Origin: Promethearchaeota archaeon
GTDB taxonomy: Archaea; Asgardarchaeota; Lokiarchaeia; Sigyniarchaeales; SOKP01
Direction: 5' to 3'
Length of the DNA: 64,000 nt
NCBI GenBank assembly: GCA_030603385.1
Contig: JAUVXW010000017.1
Location: 8,448 to 72,447, forward strand
Under the pieces are notes generated by a model. The model did no database searches, was not told the DNA's origin, and saw nothing but the letters and a program-made list of their open reading frames with translations. Made by a program: the position numbers and the translations under genes. Positions within the stretch are counted from its first letter, which is position 1. The number at the start of each line of letters is the position of its first letter. This document shows, one piece after another, positions 57,982-64,000 of this stretch.

Positions 57982-58566
57982 ATGAAAGTTGTTGTATTTA
58001 ATGGAAGTCCTAGGAACGAGGGTAATACACGTTTTTGTTTAAATATTGTAATGGATGAATTAAAAGCTGCTGGAATTGAAGTGGAATATGTTTGGATGGG
58101 TATGGATAAAATACAAGGATGTGTTTCTTGCTATCGTTGTGCACAAAATAGAGATAAGGAATGTTCAGTCAAAACAGATAAATTAAATGAATATCTAGCA
58201 AAAATGATTGAATCTGATGGGATCATATTAGGGTCACCAACTTATTTCGCGGATACAACCGCCAGAATGAAAGCATTGATAGAAAGAGCAGGTCTTGTAA
58301 GTAAGGTTAATGGTGATCTTCTAAAACATAAAGTTGGTGCCGCAGTAGTTTCTGTAAGACGAGCAGGAGCAACCCATGTTTATTCTAGTATCAATTATTT
58401 CTTCGGAATTAATAATATGTTTATAGTAGGATCAAGCTATTGGAACCTTGGCGTAAACCCGAACGTCATGAACCCTGAAGATATGGATAAAGATGGGGAA
58501 GGAAAGGTTACTTTTCAGAATTTAGGGAAAAATTTTGCTTATTTACTTCAAAAACTAGCCTCTTAA
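57982..58566 (+). CDS. Iron-sulfur flavoprotein (Isf)-like NADPH-dependent FMN reductase family protein
   Basis: MKVVVFNGSPRNEGNT flavodoxin-like start. Compact cluster motif GCVSCYRCAQNRDKEC (Cx2Cx2Cx7C), as in Isf. Confidence 0.7.
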   Translation: MKVVVFNGSPRNEGNTRFCLNIVMDELKAAGIEVEYVWMGMDKIQGCVSCYRCAQNRDKECSVKTDKLNEYLAKMIESDGIILGSPTYFADTTARMKALIERAGLVSKVNGDLLKHKVGAAVVSVRRAGATHVYSSINYFFGINNMFIVGSSYWNLGVNPNVMNPEDMDKDGEGKVTFQNLGKNFAYLLQKLAS

Positions 58567-58732
58567 TTTTAAAAATGCTAATTTTATTTTTAATAACTTT
58601 TTTTTTGTATTAACCTTTCATAACCAAAAGAATATGAGTACTTTTAAGTCGAAAAAAATCCAACCATTAACAGAAAGAACGGCTGGAGGGTTTATGACTC
58701 CTCTAAAGAACTGCTAACAATAAAAAATAGAT

Positions 58733-60268
58733 GTGGTTAAAATGAGTGAAAAAATGAATGTTTTGTTTATTATTACAGATGCTCAAAGAGTAGACCACCT
58801 AAGTTGTTATGGAAATAAAACATTAAAAACACCAAATATAGATAGGCTTGCGAGTGAGAGTGTAAGGTTCACAAACTATTTTTGTACCAATCCAATTTGT
58901 ATGCCTAACCGTGCAACTATGATTACTGGCCTTTATCCAAATGTTCATGGAGTTAGGAGTAATGGAATTAATTTAAAGGAAGATGTCCCAACTATTACAA
59001 AAACTCTTCGAAATAGAGGATGGCATACTGCAGCAATCGGAAAAATCCACCATCAGTTTTGGATGGCTCCGTTTAAACGCAAGTCATTATCAGCAGAAAA
59101 CCTAGCAAGTTGGGCACATCCGAAAGGTAGAAAAGATCCAGTAAGAGACAAATTTCCAAATCCTTATTATGGGTATGATGAAGTAGAAGTGGTCGTTGGA
59201 AATGGTAGCATATGCTCAGGACATTATATTGAATGGTTAGAAGAGAAATCTCCCAGTGTAGCAAAAGAAGTTAAAAAAAGATGCTTGAATTATGATTATT
59301 TGTTTAGTCTTTATTGTGATGACATACCAGAAGAGTATTATAACACAACCTATGTTAAAGAACGTACCCTCGCATTTTTAGAACGGTTTACAAAAGGTGA
59401 TTATGGAAACAAACCATTCTATCTACATTGTTCATTTCCAGATCCTCATTATCCAATAATTCCTCCCAAGAGTTTCCGAGAGATGTATAAACCTGAAGAT
59501 ATCGAGCTTCCGGTTAGTTTTAATGATATAGAGAAGTTATATAATCATAAATTTTTAGGGAAACATTTGAAAAACCCACCATTTAAGAAAGCGTTTTTGA
59601 GAGAATCAACGGAAGAAGAAGTGAGAAAGATTATTGCGTTAACATACGCTTCAGTTGCTTACGTTGATTATAATATTGGTCAAATTTTAGCATCTTTAGA
59701 AAAATTTGGTATTTCCGATAATACCATCGTAATTTATACTAGTGATCGCGGTGATTTAATGGGTGACCATGGGCTTTTATTTAAAGGTCCTTGCCCTTAT
59801 AATGGTGTATTACAATTACCTTTAATATGGAAGGTTCCTGGACTAACAAGACGGGGCGTTGCTTCAGATTCCTTGGTTAGTACGATTGATTATCCTAAAA
59901 CTATCTTACATCTATTAGGGATAAAAGAAAAGCACCATCCACCAGACATGCAAGGTTATGATATAACACCTATTTTAAAGAACCCCGAAACAAAAATACG
60001 CGATTGTTGCTTTATTGAGAATGATGAGGAAATAGGACCACTTAAGTCCCGATTACGTCATTTAATTACTGAGGATTATAAATTAACTATATATGAAGAT
60101 ATGCCCGGTTTCGGAGATATATATGATAGAAAAAATGACCCTGACGAATTAGAAAACCTTTGGTACAATAAGGAATTTAACGAAAAGAGATTTGAACTTG
60201 TTGATAAATTATTACATGAAAATCTCAAAGCTCAAACCCATTATCCAAAAAGAATTGCTGGAACTTAA
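58733..60268 (+). CDS. Cys-type sulfatase (arylsulfatase family)
   Basis: NVLFIITDAQRVDHL and the formylglycine target CMPNRATMITG (C-x-P-x-R). Downstream block YTSDRGDLMGDHG. Confidence 0.85.
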   Translation: MVKMSEKMNVLFIITDAQRVDHLSCYGNKTLKTPNIDRLASESVRFTNYFCTNPICMPNRATMITGLYPNVHGVRSNGINLKEDVPTITKTLRNRGWHTAAIGKIHHQFWMAPFKRKSLSAENLASWAHPKGRKDPVRDKFPNPYYGYDEVEVVVGNGSICSGHYIEWLEEKSPSVAKEVKKRCLNYDYLFSLYCDDIPEEYYNTTYVKERTLAFLERFTKGDYGNKPFYLHCSFPDPHYPIIPPKSFREMYKPEDIELPVSFNDIEKLYNHKFLGKHLKNPPFKKAFLRESTEEEVRKIIALTYASVAYVDYNIGQILASLEKFGISDNTIVIYTSDRGDLMGDHGLLFKGPCPYNGVLQLPLIWKVPGLTRRGVASDSLVSTIDYPKTILHLLGIKEKHHPPDMQGYDITPILKNPETKIRDCCFIENDEEIGPLKSRLRHLITEDYKLTIYEDMPGFGDIYDRKNDPDELENLWYNKEFNEKRFELVDKLLHENLKAQTHYPKRIAGT

Positions 60269-60280
60269 AAAAAATAGATT

Positions 60281-61564
60281 TTAGATTTTTTTTAATTCTC
60301 TTAATTTTTCCTTAATTTGCGTTGCAGCATTGTCAATAATATTTGCGGCTATGAATGAGGTTTCTTCTTTTGTTTTTTCTTTTAATATTCTAATTTTCAA
60401 ATTCAATGCTTCTAAGGTAGCTGCGCTCCGCTCATTTTCACTCCCTTTTATTATAACATCAAGCATATGTAAAGCCAATTGTAATTTTCCTTCATTGTAA
60501 AGACTCGTCGCGTGTTCTAGATATTTTTCTTCTGGGACGATTCTTATAAATTCTCTCGCAATGTCGTTTGATTTTGCGGGGAATAGATCAGTTGGATTTC
60601 CGCTATCATACCATCCATGATATAGTCTATAAGTTGCATGTATTGCAAAGCGATAACATCCATAGATCTCTCTTAAATGGTGGTGATTCTTAAATTTATC
60701 TGGGTAAATTTCGAGCATCTCATGATAAATTTGTTCAAACCACTTACCTTGATTCATTCTCTTAACCACTTCATCATGTACAAAATGCATGGCTTCTGCA
60801 GTACTCAAGAGCACATCTTTTACCTTTTCTTTACCCTCGATTAGTTGTCCATGACCGGGAACTAGATATTCCGCTTCTTTTTTCATCATTCTTTCCATAG
60901 CAATAGCCCAATCTTTTGGATAACGCTGTACTTTATATGGATTGCCAACATTAGGATATGAAGACACCATTAAATCTCCTGCACATATTAATTTCTTTTC
61001 AGGTGCCCACAACCAAATAGAATCATCAGTTTCTCCTTTATCATGATAAAGTTCAAAAGTACAATTACTTAATGTAAATGAATATGGTTCAGATCCTTTC
61101 ATTATAATTGTAGGATCAAGGGTTTCATGAGCAGAAACAACCATTTCTTGACGTTTTACACCTACTGACGCGAATTGTTGTTTGTTAAGCCAATCATGAT
61201 ATTTATCTAACATTCTGTATTTTTCAAATCTCTTTAATAAATTTTCATGGGCAATTATCTGGGGCATTTCCCAGCCTTTTTCTTTAATTTCAGTTATAAA
61301 AGGTTCATAAGCAAAGCAGTGATCAAAATGACCATGTGAATAGATAATGTATTTAACTTGTTTATTTGTAATTCCTCGAATTTCTCTAAATAGTCTGGGA
61401 CCAAACTGTTTTATTGGGAGATCAAATAATACTAGTCCACCTTCAGTTTCGATTACACCCGTGTTTCCCATTCCAGCAATTAAATGACATGTGTCATTCT
61501 CAAATGTAGCAGATTGGAACAAGCCAAACCAATCTCTCATACCACCAGACGTTTTTCTTACCAA
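60281..61564 (-). CDS. MBL-fold alkyl/aryl-sulfatase (SdsA1/BDS1-like)
   Basis: HxHxDH motif YSHGHFDHCF. Dimerisation-domain signature YRLYHGWYDSGNPTDL (compare GWYDGNPANL). TTG start; an ATG lies 8 codons in. Confidence 0.75.
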   Translation of the reverse strand: MVRKTSGGMRDWFGLFQSATFENDTCHLIAGMGNTGVIETEGGLVLFDLPIKQFGPRLFREIRGITNKQVKYIIYSHGHFDHCFAYEPFITEIKEKGWEMPQIIAHENLLKRFEKYRMLDKYHDWLNKQQFASVGVKRQEMVVSAHETLDPTIIMKGSEPYSFTLSNCTFELYHDKGETDDSIWLWAPEKKLICAGDLMVSSYPNVGNPYKVQRYPKDWAIAMERMMKKEAEYLVPGHGQLIEGKEKVKDVLLSTAEAMHFVHDEVVKRMNQGKWFEQIYHEMLEIYPDKFKNHHHLREIYGCYRFAIHATYRLYHGWYDSGNPTDLFPAKSNDIAREFIRIVPEEKYLEHATSLYNEGKLQLALHMLDVIIKGSENERSAATLEALNLKIRILKEKTKEETSFIAANIIDNAATQIKEKLRELKKI

Positions 61565-61797
61565 TTTAAATCAACTTCTTTTTCTGTATATCAAAAAATA
61601 GTTAAACTTTTTACATTATATTATAGAACATTTAATTTCAACATTTCGTTTCAAATTATTTTAAAAGTTCCTAAGAATAGAATCCATAAAGGAGCTATAA
61701 ATTTTTAAAACCAAAGTGTTATATATAATATTAGAATAAATTAATTAAAGACAGAATCGATTGCAATTATTAATTTTAAGTTATTTAAGAGAATAAA

Positions 61798-64000
61798 TTG
61801 GTTAATTATATTAAATTTAAACGAGAATTAGTTGCTTCATTCATTTTCATATTTCTTGCCATTGGTTTAATTCAATTCATACCATTCTCATATGCTCAAG
61901 ATAATGGTTTCTCTAATTATTCTAATTTTGAATTACACGAATATTCAGAAATTACTGAAGCAAAAGAAAATGTAACTTCTCTAAATATAGAATTCCCTGA
62001 GGTGAATTGGTCTATGACCGATATAGAAATAAATTTTACAGATATAGAATTAGAACGCGAAATAAAAACTATAGAGGACACAAAATTTGGCGATAATTAT
62101 ATATATAGGCAAAATAATGCTAAAAAAAGACTCGGTCTTGGATTACAACTTGAAATTACAGATCCCTCTATTCTATTTGGGGTATATATTAAGGGGGAAA
62201 GAAGCGACACAAATGAAACAATCCAATTTCAATTAAGAGGATATGATGAAGAGAATAATAAACCGAACAACACTATCTATAGAACAATGGAATTAAATAT
62301 ATCTGTCGACGATGGTTGGTATTATCAGAATTTCTCAGCGGACCCATATGAACTTCAAATAGGAAATTATTCATTAGTAATGCTTGGAGATGACTCTTTG
62401 AGTATCGCTTCAACATTTAGCTGGTTTTTAAATGAAATAAATCCTTCTATTCCAAATTTGCATACTTCTGAATATGTAAATTCGTGGAGTGATGGACTTG
62501 TAAACACCACTTTCCTATGTAAATTAAATCATAAAACTGAAAAAGTCTATTATCCCCAAGACATAAATATGAAAGTTGCTATAAATGGAGAAGAATATGA
62601 AATTATCAATGGACCTATTGTTGGATCGGGATTTATAGAAATACATAATGTATCTTATTTTCAGGACGATTACGTGTTAACTATACCAATTAAAAATAAT
62701 ATATCTGTAAGTTTGATTTTCAATTGCAATTATTCTGTTAATATAACAAATTCATTTTCATCTACAGGTTCTATTAAGATTGAAGAAAATTTGGATAATG
62801 TGTGGACAATGCTACCTGTATTTTCCAGAATCTCAAACAATTATTATGTTAAATTCGAATATCCAAAAAGCTGGTTCTATTTAACTGTTTATAGAAAATT
62901 AGGCGTAGGCTGGGAAAATATAACTTCACTCTTAGAAATTGATAAAGATAAAAACACCATTATTATTCCTAATAACACAATTCTGGATGGAGCTGAATGG
63001 AAAATTGAAGCAAATTCACCAAATATCAATTTTAATATAGAAATGACAAATACGGAATGGAAACGTGGAGATGAATTAGAATTTTCTGTTAACGCTCCGA
63101 TCACTCAAGGTAATCTTACTTTTATTATAATAAAACCAAGCGGTAAAGCAGAACTAATAGAAATAAAAGAAGCAGTTTCAGGACTAAACTTTTTTTCATT
63201 TGAAATCCCATCAAATTGGACCAAAGGAACTTATATTGGAGAAATATATTGGAATAATGAGACTGATGCTGGTATTCAAAGTGAACAATTCGAAATAAGT
63301 ATACCTCCTGTTCCATTTACAATGGACCCATGGATGATCTTTGCGATAATACTTATTACAGCAGGGATTTCAGTAGCGGGTATTATGTCTTACCGAACAA
63401 TTAAAACAATGAGAAACAAACAAGCAGAAAGAAAACAAAAACTCTATGATTCATGTATAGATATCTTAAATTTAGATTATATAATGGTAACGGACAAAAA
63501 ATCTGGTTTAAATGTTTATACACAAAGTTTCGTAGAGAAAGCAATCGATGCGTCATTAATATCTGGATTTTTACAAGCAATCCATTCGTTTGGAATTGAA
63601 TTAATCAAGGTTGAAGATCAATCTCAAACAATAAAATTAGAATATAAAGATTCAATTATCTTAATGAGCGAGTTCGTTAATATTAGAATAATATTAATAA
63701 TGAAAGAAAGGCCATCAAGATTCTTCTTATATTCAATTGAAGAATTAGCTTATGATATCTATAAAAATTACGGAAATTTGATCGATACCTTTAACGGAGA
63801 TGTAAAGCCTTTTCATTCAATTGAGGCTTTACTTAAACAGCATTTAAATGTATCTTTTGTATATCCTTTAAGAATTGCTCAAATTGAAAAGCTTGAGAAA
63901 ATTAGAATTACCCAAAGTGAAAGATTGTATATCAATAAAGTAGTATCATTAATGAAAACTAAAAATATGAATCATTTTTACATAAAATCATTATTACCTG
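61798..64000 (+). CDS. Partial CDS (3' end outside the window), absent from the ORF track: type-I-like membrane protein with a large sequon-rich ectodomain, one TM and a cytoplasmic longin/roadblock-like domain
   Basis: I translated every line from 61801 to 64000 in this frame and found no stop. TTG start at 61798 follows an in-frame TAA (61786-61788). N-terminal hydrophobic segment LVASFIFIFLAIGLIQFIPFSYA. About 20 N-x-S/T sequons. TM WMIFAIILITAGISVAGIMSY (about 63331-63393). The cytoplasmic part is YIMVTDKKSGLNVYTQSF...LISGFLQAIHSFGIELI...IKLEYKDSIILMSEFVNIRIILIMKE.... Confidence 0.75.
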   Translation, partial: MVNYIKFKRELVASFIFIFLAIGLIQFIPFSYAQDNGFSNYSNFELHEYSEITEAKENVTSLNIEFPEVNWSMTDIEINFTDIELEREIKTIEDTKFGDNYIYRQNNAKKRLGLGLQLEITDPSILFGVYIKGERSDTNETIQFQLRGYDEENNKPNNTIYRTMELNISVDDGWYYQNFSADPYELQIGNYSLVMLGDDSLSIASTFSWFLNEINPSIPNLHTSEYVNSWSDGLVNTTFLCKLNHKTEKVYYPQDINMKVAINGEEYEIINGPIVGSGFIEIHNVSYFQDDYVLTIPIKNNISVSLIFNCNYSVNITNSFSSTGSIKIEENLDNVWTMLPVFSRISNNYYVKFEYPKSWFYLTVYRKLGVGWENITSLLEIDKDKNTIIIPNNTILDGAEWKIEANSPNINFNIEMTNTEWKRGDELEFSVNAPITQGNLTFIIIKPSGKAELIEIKEAVSGLNFFSFEIPSNWTKGTYIGEIYWNNETDAGIQSEQFEISIPPVPFTMDPWMIFAIILITAGISVAGIMSYRTIKTMRNKQAERKQKLYDSCIDILNLDYIMVTDKKSGLNVYTQSFVEKAIDASLISGFLQAIHSFGIELIKVEDQSQTIKLEYKDSIILMSEFVNIRIILIMKERPSRFFLYSIEELAYDIYKNYGNLIDTFNGDVKPFHSIEALLKQHLNVSFVYPLRIAQIEKLEKIRITQSERLYINKVVSLMKTKNMNHFYIKSLLP

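Noticed and set aside
61484-61708. 74-aa plus-strand ORF overlapping the 5' end of the alkylsulfatase gene
   Set aside because: Overlaps a motif-supported gene and its promoter region. No recognisable features.
62889-63316. Minus-strand ORFs 62889..63104 and 63125..63316
   Set aside because: Antisense to the continuous plus-strand frame of more than 730 codons (61798-64000), which has coherent signal, TM and domain organisation.
1-64000. Searched by eye for tRNA/rRNA genes, CRISPR repeat arrays, IS elements/transposases, integrases and phage genes
   Set aside because: No GC-rich cloverleaf-like segments in the spacers. No regularly spaced direct repeats. No transposase- or integrase-like translations. 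None can be supported.

Overview
This is an AT-rich archaeal chromosomal segment with about 56 protein-coding genes. I recognised no rRNA, tRNA, CRISPR array or IS/transposon. All calls come from reading the ORF translations for family motifs; nothing was searched or computed with tools.

Archaeal core markers:
- An A/V-type ATPase cluster at 1-10273 with subunits F, E, A, B, D and I, plus a second orphan A-subunit paralog.
- tRNA-splicing endonuclease EndA, RadA, Alba, CODH/ACS alpha subunit CdhA, and an MtrH-like methyltransferase.

Eukaryote-signature-like genes:
- Two multidomain Arf-like small GTPases, one with a longin-like N-terminus and one with a roadblock-like C-terminus.
- A V4R (TRAPP/Bet3-related) protein.
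- A vWA protein carrying two C4HC3 RING/PHD-like fingers.
- A large membrane protein with a longin-like cytoplasmic domain.
- Together these point to an Asgard (Lokiarchaeia-like) genome. That assignment is an inference.

Other content:
- A dispersed alpha-glucan/glycogen gene set: three GH57 enzymes, a degenerate PGM-like protein, an NDP-sugar pyrophosphorylase, a GalT-like enzyme and a maltokinase-like kinase.
- A sulfatase next to an MBL-fold alkylsulfatase, two radical SAM enzymes, and anchored M23-like and C39-like hydrolases.

Most notable observations:
1. An Arf-like GTPase sits next to a V4R protein; this could be a GTPase/TRAPP-like module.
2. An HhH/Arf-like/roadblock GTPase is divergently paired with the vWA-RING-like protein.
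3. A CDS of more than 730 codons at 61798-64000 is missing from the ORF track because it runs off the window.
4. The orphan atpA paralog has the catalytic GERGNE motif changed to GEPGNE.
5. atpE and atpD have conserved N-terminal coding sequence lying upstream of any canonical start codon. For atpE this includes an in-frame TGA two codons after a translationally coupled ATG.
6. An AGTGTGAA/TTCACACT motif cluster lies upstream of an orphan, GC-richer cdhA.
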